Positions 46,403 through 55,706 of a DNA stretch of 64,000 nucleotides are shown here, in pieces. The notes beneath the pieces were generated by a model. It was not told the DNA's origin. It was given only the letters and a program-made list of their open reading frames with translations, and did no database searches. The stretch covers positions 1 to 64,000 of IMG/VR virus record IMGVR_UViG_3300043446_004613; one strand, 5' to 3'. Every line of letters begins with the position of its first letter. Within the stretch, counting starts at the first letter, position 1. The position numbers and the translations under genes were made by a program.

Positions 46403-46834
46403 TCAGTAATAAAATTTGGCAGCACCGCTGGCGGCGATTGCTAGATCAATGTTGCTGGTGTTGTTGCTGACGACCACCGCGTAAATTCCGGGAGTTTCAA
46501 TAACGCATGGAGCGAACGGATTCACAGTACAGCTGGATTCGGTGACACCTGCGAAAGCCAGCGGGCTGGTGATTGGCGGATAATTGACACTGGAAGCGCG
46601 GTAGATTCCGACAGAGCAGCTACCCAACGCACTGTTCAAGTATGCAGGCGTGACACCGGGCGTCAGCACGGCAATCAGTGAACAAGTCAATGACCGGATG
46701 ACAAGGCGCTGATTAAGCCCAAGCTCGTAGCGGCACACGACCATCTGCTTGCCGCTGCGCACTTCGGTTTGCGCGAAGGCCATCGGCAGGTCAAATACCC
46801 GATTAAACCGGTTAGTTGTGATGAATCCGTTCAT
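46403..46834 (-). CDS. Putative virion structural protein (paralog of 46831-47319)
   Basis: Shared N-terminus (T.N..N.V.D.P.A...T..R.G) and TPG.Y...S.N...ID.....SG.A. Confidence 0.65.
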   Translation of the reverse strand: MNGFITTNRFNRVFDLPMAFAQTEVRSGKQMVVCRYELGLNQRLVIRSLTCSLIAVLTPGVTPAYLNSALGSCSVGIYRASSVNYPPITSPLAFAGVTESSCTVNPFAPCVIETPGIYAVVVSNNTSNIDLAIAASGAAKFYY

Positions 46835-47319
46835 GCGCTGTCTAGTTCAAGGCGGGCACTGCCGCTCACAGAAATACGAAAATCGATCGATGTCGTGAGC
46901 GGGATGACCGGCGACGTATCAGTGGACGGCTGCATATTACTGGAAATGATCCAAGAATACACGCCGGGAGTTGTCAGTAGCACAGCGGACGACGGATCGC
47001 GAGTGTAGACACCGAGGTCATAAGCGACCAGCACGTCCAGACCGCCAGCGGCACCGGGTGAGCCGGTGATGTAATCGCGCCGGAGGGCTAGATAAGCTAA
47101 TCCGAGGTTGCCGTAGATCAAGTTACCGCTGGTGATGTTTGCCGTGTTTACGGTCGAGCCGGAGATGGCGATGTTGGCCATTCGGTAGCTCAGGCGCATC
47201 GGTGCTTCGATTTTGACCGTAGCAGCAACAATCCAGTCGCCCATGCGCAAGTCAGTCGATGACAGCGCGATTGGAATATCAACCACGTTGTTCAGCTGGT
47301 TTTCAGTTAAGTAGGCCAT
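46831..47319 (-). CDS. Putative virion structural protein
   Basis: Paralog of the adjacent gene. Confidence 0.65.
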   Translation of the reverse strand: MAYLTENQLNNVVDIPIALSSTDLRMGDWIVAATVKIEAPMRLSYRMANIAISGSTVNTANITSGNLIYGNLGLAYLALRRDYITGSPGAAGGLDVLVAYDLGVYTRDPSSAVLLTTPGVYSWIISSNMQPSTDTSPVIPLTTSIDFRISVSGSARLELDSA

Positions 47320-47322
47320 AAA

Positions 47323-48438
47323 TTAAACAGCAGGCGGTCGCTTCACGATCGCGTTCCAAATTTGCTTTTCCTGCTCTTCGGTAAAGCCGTGCAGGTGGTA
47401 CGCTAACTCTGTCTCCACCCCCGTGCGGTAATCCTGACTTACGCCGTCGGAATACCATACGCCGACGTGAAAGTGACTGGATGACTGGCGCGTCGCGCAT
47501 TCTTTCTTTAAGAACTTGATCGCTTTATCGGCGGCAGTGATACCTTCAGAATAATCAAATTCATCCGGCTCCATGCTGACACCTTCCTCGTCTATCCAAC
47601 CCGTTTCTTCATAATCTCCGTTCGCCGCACTTTCGGGGCTTACTTTATAGTACGAAATAGTGATACGCGGGCCGGGTAAATCTGGCATGCTGGCGACAAA
47701 CTCAGCCGGGTCGTCGGGATCAGCGCTCTCGCCGATAAATGAATCGACATGCCAGCTTGAAGCCAGTCCGCGCAGCGGCTCACACAGACGCATGAAGTCA
47801 TCTAGGTACGCCTGACGGGATTTGCGCCGCTTCATCATAACACATACCTGTTTGGCAACAGCGTAGACGGCGTCCCGACGCGGGATGTAGTCCGCATCGC
47901 TCTCGAACGGCACTATGACAACAGCGTCACCGTAGTATCCGACCGTGAAGATCAATTTCAATTCGCCACCCGCGACATAGTCACGTGGATTACCGGTATT
48001 ATGATTCGTGTGGGACGAAAGCCGGAACTCGTTGTAGCGCGTACCGTAGTCAATGAGCAGCCGCCAGCTTTCGCTTCCGTAGTGCCCGCGTGAGTATTCT
48101 TCCTCCTCCATACCCCAGTTGGAAGGTAGTTCTAGGTCGTGAATATAGTCAATCGGGCTGACGTCTTCTTCCGACTCGCCAAGGTTATTCGGATGCAGCG
48201 GGTCAAACCAGATGCCGCAGTCGCCGCAATCAACCAAGCCTTCATCATCCGGCTCGGTCACCTTAGTGCTCTTGCATGCCGGGCAGTGACCGGGAAAAAT
48301 CCGGTCAAGGGCGGCCTGCGGATCGAACGCATCGACCGCGTTGTCGAGCAAACTGCGCACAACGTCGCGAGCTTCAGCAATCGTCACCGAACGCTGAATC
48401 GAAGCTAGAAAATCGAGATTGGCAGGTGTCTTAGACAT
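47323..48438 (-). CDS. 371-aa modular polyprotein (3 cassettes)
   Basis: VVRSLLD; LGE|SEEDVSPIDYI; IGE|SADPDDPAEFV; Zn ribbon. Confidence 0.7.
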   Translation of the reverse strand: MSKTPANLDFLASIQRSVTIAEARDVVRSLLDNAVDAFDPQAALDRIFPGHCPACKSTKVTEPDDEGLVDCGDCGIWFDPLHPNNLGESEEDVSPIDYIHDLELPSNWGMEEEEYSRGHYGSESWRLLIDYGTRYNEFRLSSHTNHNTGNPRDYVAGGELKLIFTVGYYGDAVVIVPFESDADYIPRRDAVYAVAKQVCVMMKRRKSRQAYLDDFMRLCEPLRGLASSWHVDSFIGESADPDDPAEFVASMPDLPGPRITISYYKVSPESAANGDYEETGWIDEEGVSMEPDEFDYSEGITAADKAIKFLKKECATRQSSSHFHVGVWYSDGVSQDYRTGVETELAYHLHGFTEEQEKQIWNAIVKRPPAV

Positions 48439-48754
48439 TCAAGATACCTTCGGCAGCCAGCCGTGTTTTGGTTGGGATACGGAGTTCAGTACCTTCCGGC
48501 ACCGCCACTAACGGGTCGATGATGTTGTTTACACTCGCGATGACCCACCACAGCGCCGGAGTGTTGTAGAAAGAGTTGGCCAGCAGGTCTAGGCGCGGCA
48601 CACCAGCAGAAGGCATCACCCAAAGCTCGTCCGTGTAATTCTGGACGACTGCGGGGTGCATAAGGCCAAACACGACGTTTTCACCACCCAAGTCATAGAC
48701 CGGGGTCTTTGAAAACATCGAGTACTGCGGTAGTTCTATGCGTTGACCAGCCAT
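48431..48754 (-). CDS. LysM-like baseplate wedge/tail protein
   Basis: RLDLLA..FY..P.LWWVIA.VNNI.DP....G..LRIP; TAGTTA at 48761-48766. Confidence 0.8.
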   Translation of the reverse strand: MAGQRIELPQYSMFSKTPVYDLGGENVVFGLMHPAVVQNYTDELWVMPSAGVPRLDLLANSFYNTPALWWVIASVNNIIDPLVAVPEGTELRIPTKTRLAAEGILNV

Positions 48755-48767
48755 ACGCTTTAACTAC

Positions 48768-50945
48768 CTAAGCCCTGAATACCTTAGTGCTGGTGTACCC
48801 TTTGCTTGGTAACGGGATGTCCACAGGCGGTGCTTCCGACGACAACTGCACCTGTTGGCCGGTGTAAAGTGTCGGAGAATTCTGGCTCATGATCGTCATT
48901 TTCTCATCCGCGTTGACCGCGTTGAAGAAAGCTCCGGCGGCGGCGTCGGTTGTATCTTTTGACCCGTCTGGCGGATGATCGAACTTCTTATCCATCTCCA
49001 GCAGGTTTTCCGCCTCACGGATCATCTGAGGATTGCGGTGCAGCCGGATGCGGTGTTCTTCAAATCCGGCACGCCAAGCAGTATACACTGACTTGTCCCG
49101 GTCGAGTGACAGCTTGTCGGTAGCAAAGTTTTTAGCCTGAAGTTCCTGAAGGGGAAGTTCGGACTGGTACATGTCCGCCGTAATCAACCCGAAGCGGTAT
49201 CCGCAGACGTCGCGGAGCCAGAAGAAAAAGTCGCGTATCTTGGCGATGCTGATCGGCTTGTTCTGCCCGGCGCAGATTGTCAGGATGAAATCATATTCAA
49301 CGACAAGCCGGTAATCGGAAAAAGGCTGACCGTCGCGTACCAAGCCGTCGACCTTCTGGCTGCCTGCAAGATGGCAGATCGCCACCCCGGCCAGTGTTTG
49401 GGTCGCCAAGTCGATGTGCGCATAACGAAGCGCCTGCGGGTGACGGATCGGTTGGATACGTGAGGATACGCGGGTTAGAAACGTCTTGTGGTTCAGGTAG
49501 TCCCACGCGTGCTTTTTGTCCTCCATGCTCAACGGAATGTGACCGACACCGGGCATGAGCGGATCAGGCACCTTCTCTTCAACCGATACCGCTAGGCAGT
49601 GCTCGATGTCGATTAGGCTTGGGAATAAGCGGTGAGCACCTCCAACGCTGATACCTGACAGGTTTTGCAGCTGCGCTTTGCAGTTACGCCGAAAAGCTTC
49701 GATGTAAAACTTAGGCACCAGTTCCGTCCGTGCGCCGTTAGGCGGCTCTTCGTGGATGTCGGTTCCTATCTTGGAGCCGTCTTCTTTATACCAGCCGCTC
49801 AACATGTACGGCTCCATGTTTTTCAAGCCATACGCGACACGGAACCAGTGATGATCCGGGCCGATACCCGGTAGTGCGTGCCGTTTGATCTTGTAGACGG
49901 CGTTGCGGATGACCAGCTGACTGACCTCTTCTTCGGCGACGCCGGGAGCCAGTGTGCGGTTGTTGATTTCGCGCACGCGATTAGCTTCGTCGATTTCGGA
50001 TACAACCTTTTCAGTGAAGCTCGATTCGTCCGCCGCTGAAGAGGCGATGATGGAGAGCGCCGGAAGAAACGTGGCTACCTTCTGGAAACGGTTGGCGATA
50101 CGTGTGCGCACTTGATCGTAAAGCTCGTACGCTTTCAAGTCCGGGTCTTTTTCCAGACGGAAGTTACCTTCGTCCAGCCCGATACCGACAAGGTTACGAC
50201 CCAGCACGTGCTGGCCTTTTGAACCGGCAGTCAGCCAGATACGCGAGCTTCCGCCGTCAGGCAGGGTATGCTGCATCGGGATGCGGTAGCTGCTGTAATC
50301 GCTTTCCGGGTCAAACCCGCAGATTTCGATGAAATAGGCGCTATCAGCCATGAAGCTCATCGCGGTACCAAACGCGGTATCTTTCACAGCTTCTTTCGTA
50401 ACGGACAGCAGGTTGTATACGATATTGGAGTTACGGTTCAGACCGAAATAGTTCTGCGGATTCTTCAAGAGCGTAGACAGCATCAAACGGTACAGAATCA
50501 GCGTCACCATGATGACAGTCTTTCCGATACCGAGTGATCCGGTGATGACCATGTTATGGATTTTGCTCTCCAAATCCATGTGTTCGTTCAGCAGGCTTAT
50601 CCATGCAGGCCACATGCCTTCGTTTTCACCGGGCACGTGTCGCCACGTCTTTCCGAGGTAAAAATCGTCTTCAATGAACTCCTTGATCGTTGGCGGTTTT
50701 CGGATGTAGTCGAAGTGCCACAGCTGCTGGATCACCGCTTGATCCATCCGCTGGTTCTTGGCAGCCGCTTCCAGCATAGCCTTAGCAATACCTTGCAGGC
50801 GCTGCCATTCAAGGTCGGTCAGCGACGGATCACGCCTATCAAAGATAAACGGGCGCTCGCCTGCCAAGACTTGCTCAGCATGCCGTTCGGCGCGTTCCGT
50901 GGGCATAGGGTGAACCACGGTTTTCTTCTCGTTCGTACCAGTCAT
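48768..50945 (-). CDS. terL: Terminase large subunit
   Basis: Walker A GSLGIGKT, Walker B GIGLDE, RNaseH-like HIDLA, TADMYQS and DHPPDGSKDTTDA. Confidence 0.9.
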   Translation of the reverse strand: MTGTNEKKTVVHPMPTERAERHAEQVLAGERPFIFDRRDPSLTDLEWQRLQGIAKAMLEAAAKNQRMDQAVIQQLWHFDYIRKPPTIKEFIEDDFYLGKTWRHVPGENEGMWPAWISLLNEHMDLESKIHNMVITGSLGIGKTVIMVTLILYRLMLSTLLKNPQNYFGLNRNSNIVYNLLSVTKEAVKDTAFGTAMSFMADSAYFIEICGFDPESDYSSYRIPMQHTLPDGGSSRIWLTAGSKGQHVLGRNLVGIGLDEGNFRLEKDPDLKAYELYDQVRTRIANRFQKVATFLPALSIIASSAADESSFTEKVVSEIDEANRVREINNRTLAPGVAEEEVSQLVIRNAVYKIKRHALPGIGPDHHWFRVAYGLKNMEPYMLSGWYKEDGSKIGTDIHEEPPNGARTELVPKFYIEAFRRNCKAQLQNLSGISVGGAHRLFPSLIDIEHCLAVSVEEKVPDPLMPGVGHIPLSMEDKKHAWDYLNHKTFLTRVSSRIQPIRHPQALRYAHIDLATQTLAGVAICHLAGSQKVDGLVRDGQPFSDYRLVVEYDFILTICAGQNKPISIAKIRDFFFWLRDVCGYRFGLITADMYQSELPLQELQAKNFATDKLSLDRDKSVYTAWRAGFEEHRIRLHRNPQMIREAENLLEMDKKFDHPPDGSKDTTDAAAGAFFNAVNADEKMTIMSQNSPTLYTGQQVQLSSEAPPVDIPLPSKGYTSTKVFRA

Positions 50946-51225
50946 TGATTGTAAAGCCTTTGTCGGTCAGCAGGTATACCAGCTTCGGCTTGGGAAGTCC
51001 GGGTATCATACGAAATGTGTTTGTACGCCGCAGCATCCCACGTTTTACCAAGAAGCTCAGCTTCATAGCTGCCAGCATCTGCATCGATCGAACGGGTTTG
51101 TGCGGCCACATTATCGCAGCGAACTCCCGAGCCGATAGCTGCACGTGCTGTGCAATTATCCGTAGTGTTTTTATGACAAACGGAGTGCATGGATAAGGTA
51201 TTCTTGGATCGCGACGTCTACACAT
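50875..51225 (-). CDS. Winged-helix protein
   Basis: SAREFA..MWP...L..LVKRG.L...Y.LTDKG. Confidence 0.55.
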   Translation of the reverse strand: MCRRRDPRIPYPCTPFVIKTLRIIAQHVQLSAREFAAIMWPHKPVRSMQMLAAMKLSFLVKRGMLRRTNTFRMIPGLPKPKLVYLLTDKGFTINDWYEREENRGSPYAHGTRRTAC

Positions 51226-51664
51226 TCCAGTTGTTCAGTAACGCTTTTTGTTCAGCAGCGCGGCGTTCGGCCTCGGAACGAAACAGATAAACCGCACACT
51301 GGCCTGCATATACTTTGGCTAACTCGCCCAGCGCAGGTAAAATCTTTGCGCCGTTCACCAGCTGCCAGCTGTAGTGGCTGGTGAAAGCGATAGCTAGTTC
51401 GTATACGTGGTAGTCGCGCAGAGCACGCACCGCACGTTCACCTGCTGTATACGTCAAATAGGGCAGCACGTCGTTGCTTTTCTGCGTCGATTTCTTCGAC
51501 GTTCCGAGCATGAGCATGTGCTGGTCGAACCAAGTATCGGGCGGAAACGTCTCGACACGGTTTGGCTCTTCAAGGGAATAGCCAACCATCTGGCCGTCCA
51601 TGAAATGGAACCAGAGGCTGGTTGTGCTTCCAAAGCCTGCCAAACATTCTTTGCTTGCTGTCAT
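51218..51664 (-). CDS. Hypothetical protein
   Basis: CCGTTCT motif upstream. Confidence 0.55.
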   Translation of the reverse strand: MTASKECLAGFGSTTSLWFHFMDGQMVGYSLEEPNRVETFPPDTWFDQHMLMLGTSKKSTQKSNDVLPYLTYTAGERAVRALRDYHVYELAIAFTSHYSWQLVNGAKILPALGELAKVYAGQCAVYLFRSEAERRAAEQKALLNNWNV

Positions 51665-51683
51665 TACAACAAAGAACGGAAAA

Positions 51684-52523
51684 TCAGGTCGTATGCGCGG
51701 GAGTTACTTCAATTTTCGCAGGAGCCGTGTCTTCCTCGAAATCTTCCGGCGGGTCTGGTGGCGGTTCTGGTGGAACAGCTTGGGCCAGCTGCGCATCAAG
51801 CTGCTTCTGGAGCTTGTGCAACGTCTTACGGATGATTTCGCGACCTTGCGGCGTTGTGCCTTCCCACATCTTTTTGGACTCTTCGTCGGAAACCTTACGA
51901 GCCGAATCCGCTTTTTCAAGAGTCGAGTTGATGTCTACAGCTTTAGCGTTTGAATCGATAGAATCCATCAGCTTAGGCAGGTCTTCGTTTACGGTGCGCC
52001 ACAACACGATCGACTCACTGGTGGAAATCTTGCCGTACGTGGAAGCGTTGTTGATGGCTCGCAAAGACCGGTCACGCACCGTCAGGTAGGTTTGAACAGC
52101 TTCAAGATCAGAGTAGAGCTTCAGTGTCTTAACGATGTCGACCTTTTCCAGCACGCCGGTAGCGATCAGCTTCAAGAACGGTACGGCCTTCTCGATGCTT
52201 TCTCCGGTGATGAACGCGTTCAACGCGTGCTTGAGATGCTCATTGACGACGCTCGGAGGCTCCGGCGGCGGTATCTTAGGATCAAGCGCCGCCTTGGCGA
52301 TGACATTATTCAGTACGTCGTCAGGTGACGTAGGCAGGACAAGAGAAGGCGTGCCCATCTCAGCCTTGCGGGCAGAGATTACTTCGCAGTTCGTCCCAGA
52401 CATTTTAACTTCCGGCGGTTTAACCTCCGGTGCGGCGATGTCTTTTGTAACCGCTGGCTGTTTAGGCTTGCGGGTTTTTGGTCTTGGGTGAACTTTCGGT
52501 TTTTGCTTATCCGCGTCAGCCAT
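51684..52523 (-). CDS. Hypothetical helical protein (terminase small subunit candidate)
   Basis: Position upstream of terL only. Confidence 0.45.
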   Translation of the reverse strand: MADADKQKPKVHPRPKTRKPKQPAVTKDIAAPEVKPPEVKMSGTNCEVISARKAEMGTPSLVLPTSPDDVLNNVIAKAALDPKIPPPEPPSVVNEHLKHALNAFITGESIEKAVPFLKLIATGVLEKVDIVKTLKLYSDLEAVQTYLTVRDRSLRAINNASTYGKISTSESIVLWRTVNEDLPKLMDSIDSNAKAVDINSTLEKADSARKVSDEESKKMWEGTTPQGREIIRKTLHKLQKQLDAQLAQAVPPEPPPDPPEDFEEDTAPAKIEVTPAHTT

Positions 52524-52711
52524 TAGCCACAGAGGTTCTGTTTGACTGCGGCGCGGCGATTTTCAGGAACCGGCTGGCCGTTGCTTTCAGCAAGCTGGTT
52601 GCGCTTGGCTGCTTCAGACGCAGCTTCGTGCTGCGATACCGGGGCAGTCACACGCTGTCCATTTTGGATGACGACGAATTTACCGTCTGTCGGGTTGTTT
52701 ACGTTTTCCAT
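52523..52711 (-). CDS. Hypothetical protein
   Basis: CTGTTCT upstream; TAATG coupling. Confidence 0.55.
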   Translation of the reverse strand: MENVNNPTDGKFVVIQNGQRVTAPVSQHEAASEAAKRNQLAESNGQPVPENRRAAVKQNLCG

Positions 52712-52783
52712 ACAGGTCTATAGAACAGAATATCGCGGTTACTTTGGGCCATCAACAGCGAAGACCCTCACAGTAGTTACAGC

Positions 52784-53035
52784 GTGAACGCGACACCGCT
52801 TGATATGTTCAGAACCAAACCCGCCGTTGATACGGAGGATTTGGCCTTGTCGTTCATTGAGGAAGAAGTCGGACGTTTCGACTGGGTCAACAACTGGCCT
52901 AAGATAAAGGAGTCAGGTAATGCCCGCTGGCGCGTGCAGAACTGGCTGGACGCCTTGGGAGTCGAACACAGCGCCGACGAGATTGTTTCCTACTTGGATA
53001 AGCTCGTGGCCGAGCGGACAGGTCGTTGGCTCTGA
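52784..53035 (+). CDS. Hypothetical protein
   Basis: TAGTTA at 52774-52779. Confidence 0.55.
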   Translation: MNATPLDMFRTKPAVDTEDLALSFIEEEVGRFDWVNNWPKIKESGNARWRVQNWLDALGVEHSADEIVSYLDKLVAERTGRWL

Positions 53036-53058
53036 CCGGGTCGCCTCATCCGTAAACA

Positions 53059-53514
53059 ATGACGAAAAGACTAACTCCGCTGGGGCTGGCGCTATTGCTG
53101 GCCGTAACCCTCGTTCCAATCACCGGCTGTGAAACCACACAAGACGCGGTTCAACGTGCGCAGATCATTGACGATACAGCCATTCTGTTGCGTAGCGCTG
53201 CTCGTAACGGCGCGATGCTGGCAATCGAAGATCACCCGGAATCAGCAAAGTACTTTGAACTGGCGCGTGCAGTCATTGCCGATTTTGCCACAGGCACGGA
53301 CTATTCACCTGATGCGTTCAAAGCGGCCATGCAGGCAAATATCAAGCAGTTGAACGACAAGTGGGTTAAGTTTGGCGTATACAACGTCACTGACTTGTAC
53401 GAGCTTTACTATGGTCGCTATGTGCGCGATCAGGTCAACGGTAACGTTGTCGCGAATAAATTCCTGAACGCTATTCAGGAAGGCTTTAAGCAGGCGCTAG
53501 AATCTAAGCCGTAA
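53059..53514 (+). CDS. Lipoprotein
   Basis: Signal peptide plus ITGC lipobox. Confidence 0.7.
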   Translation: MTKRLTPLGLALLLAVTLVPITGCETTQDAVQRAQIIDDTAILLRSAARNGAMLAIEDHPESAKYFELARAVIADFATGTDYSPDAFKAAMQANIKQLNDKWVKFGVYNVTDLYELYYGRYVRDQVNGNVVANKFLNAIQEGFKQALESKP

Positions 53515-53537
53515 GTATACAGCACTGGCTATTGACG

Positions 53538-54365
53538 CTAACTGCTGGCGCTTACAGGACGACAGCAGTTAGCGTCGATATGGTGGGAATCACTCACCAC
53601 TGTCCATTTTTTGTGGTCAATGATGTGCTTGATGTACGGTTGGTATTCTGCGCTTGGCCGATTGTTGTTTTTACCCTTGCACTGAATGATACCGCCATCG
53701 TGTACTTCGAGCGTCACGTGCGGTTTGTTGTGCAGGTCACGCAGGCTGTAGTAGTCGTAGTTTTCAGCCGTACGGAAGCGGTTAAAATAGGTGCCATTAC
53801 CGATGCAATGGTTCATAAGGCGACCTTCGCGCTCAAACTGAAGTGTGCTGACCAGCTTAACCCAGCTGATGTGATCGTCGTAGCGGAAAATCGTAACGGG
53901 CTTGTCGGTCACATAATTCCATACGTTTTCCGATACATCCTTATACCAGAGGATAGAAGCATCAACCGCAACAGGGAAAGCGATGCGGTCAAGACGGCGC
54001 AACCGTGTATCGGTCGGCTTTAAGCTGTTAAACCAGATGACGATAATGTCCAAGCACTGCCACAGGTTGCGGCGGCGAACTTGAATCGGGTCAAACCAGT
54101 ATATCAGCTGTCCGGCAGCGAGACTGCTTACTGCCCATGCAGGAAGACTAGCAGCAGGAAAGTATTTGTAGGCCGAGTCTTCTTTTTCAAAGCGCTCGTC
54201 GTCAGTCAACAGCCGGTAATTGGCGTTTACGTCCTTTTCCGGCAATTTGCTGATGATGTGATTACGTGCTACCGACATGACCCAGCGGCTGGCCGGTTCA
54301 TGTACGCAGCGGGCCGCGTAGCGGCGAAGTTCGCGTTCAATGTCAGCGACGTTGAGTACATTCAT
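53538..54365 (-). CDS. PcfJ-like domain protein
   Basis: EG..MNHCIG..Y, YSLRD...PHVTLE and QCKGKNN motifs. Confidence 0.8.
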   Translation of the reverse strand: MNVLNVADIERELRRYAARCVHEPASRWVMSVARNHIISKLPEKDVNANYRLLTDDERFEKEDSAYKYFPAASLPAWAVSSLAAGQLIYWFDPIQVRRRNLWQCLDIIVIWFNSLKPTDTRLRRLDRIAFPVAVDASILWYKDVSENVWNYVTDKPVTIFRYDDHISWVKLVSTLQFEREGRLMNHCIGNGTYFNRFRTAENYDYYSLRDLHNKPHVTLEVHDGGIIQCKGKNNNRPSAEYQPYIKHIIDHKKWTVVSDSHHIDANCCRPVSASS

Positions 54366-54372
54366 GCCGGAA

Positions 54373-54402
54373 TGTATACATTACGGCAGGCAGCCAGTTC
54401 AA
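54373..54402 (-). promoter_or_regulatory. Early-type promoter (variant)
   Basis: AAAATTTTACTTGAAC...TGTATACATT, 7 nt before ATG 54365. Confidence 0.5.
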
Positions 54403-54434
54403 GTAAAATTTTATGATGACTGTTAAAAACGTGT

Positions 54435-55691
54435 CTACGCAGGCTGAGGCTGACCGATAACGCCACGCAAACGAGCTTCACCTTGATTACCGTTACGATA
54501 TGCCTGAACAGCGCGGGCAAGTTCGCTGCTGCCGCGTTTAAGCAATTCCATAGGGAAACGCTGCGCATCAGCAAAAAGAGGCGCGACATTGCGGGCTTCT
54601 TCCGCAGTGATCTGGCTGTTGTAAGGATTGCGCACCTGTCCTGACTCGAAATGCGCCAGCACATAGGGACGGTCGTTTCGATCGGCAAAATAAAGTGGGC
54701 CTTGGTTTGCGTAAGTGTCCGCATGGCTACCTTTAGTACACCAAGTAGGCCAGTACCCTTCACCGTTTTCAGCGGGTGTTAGATTGCCCATTCGCCACAA
54801 CGCAGCGTCAACAGCACGACGGCTGAACGCTTTGACTGTTTCCGGGAAAATGGTTTTGCGCAACGTATATTCGCCATGCTGTGCAATCGTCTTGCCGTCT
54901 TTGGTGAACACCCACGGCTTTTCTTTCACTTCAACCGTGAAGTCAGCTGACTTTTTAAGGACGTCACGGAAACCGGCAACATCGTCGGCTTTCATGCCTT
55001 TGAGGCGGTCAAGCAGAGCATCCGCTTCCTGACCGTTGATGATCTCAACCTGCTCTTCACGGTTCATGGTCGCCATGTTCTTGTTGCGGTTGTTCTGATA
55101 GAAATTTGACAACACCGCCTGATAATTCAGGAAATTAACGACATTGTTTAGCCTAATGAAAAGCTCACGGCGGCGTGTTTGGATTGGATCAAAATGATGC
55201 AGTTCCTTCTCGTCGTTTCCTGCTGCCGTCATCCACGGCTGGAGTTCGCTCTTGGTCGGCGGTTCGCCAAAAGCACGCTTGGCTTTAGCCTTGGTCGGCT
55301 TGAATTTTTGGAACGACTGCTCGATGTCTTTCTGCACGACTGGCTCGTGCAGCGCCGTCGTGTAAGTGCGCTTCTCAGGATCGTACTCTTCGCGCACAGG
55401 CAGCGGGCTTTTCGGTGATTCAGATTCCGGCTTTCCGTGCGCCATCCAACCGCCCTTCGGAGAGTAGTAATACTTGCTTGAACCATGAGGGCGAGGCTCG
55501 GCTTTCGCCACATACGGTTCTTTAAGGAGACGGTCAATGTTTACAAGAAAATAGCGGGGTACGCGCTTGAACCATCCCTGAGCGCGTGGGTCGCTGAGCT
55601 TGGCAGCAAGCTTGTTGATCTCGTTATCAATGTCTTTGACGTTGATCACGTTCAATTCCAGCAGCAAATCGACAAGTATATTAGCGTTCAC
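54435..55691 (-). CDS. LLE-tagged paralog of the PcfJ-like protein
   Basis: Start reassigned to GTG 55691 (MNANILVDLLLE), TAGTTA 4 nt upstream; shares NV.DI..E and FDPIQ.RRR.L; TWCT..Y..QGPLY. Confidence 0.7.
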   Translation of the reverse strand: MNANILVDLLLELNVINVKDIDNEINKLAAKLSDPRAQGWFKRVPRYFLVNIDRLLKEPYVAKAEPRPHGSSKYYYSPKGGWMAHGKPESESPKSPLPVREEYDPEKRTYTTALHEPVVQKDIEQSFQKFKPTKAKAKRAFGEPPTKSELQPWMTAAGNDEKELHHFDPIQTRRRELFIRLNNVVNFLNYQAVLSNFYQNNRNKNMATMNREEQVEIINGQEADALLDRLKGMKADDVAGFRDVLKKSADFTVEVKEKPWVFTKDGKTIAQHGEYTLRKTIFPETVKAFSRRAVDAALWRMGNLTPAENGEGYWPTWCTKGSHADTYANQGPLYFADRNDRPYVLAHFESGQVRNPYNSQITAEEARNVAPLFADAQRFPMELLKRGSSELARAVQAYRNGNQGEARLRGVIGQPQPA

Positions 55692-55706
55692 GCAGTAACT
55701 ACTGAT

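Noticed and set aside
48768-50945. Intein or intron in terL
   Set aside because: The ORF is continuous with no intein C/S...HN or LAGLIDADG motifs seen.
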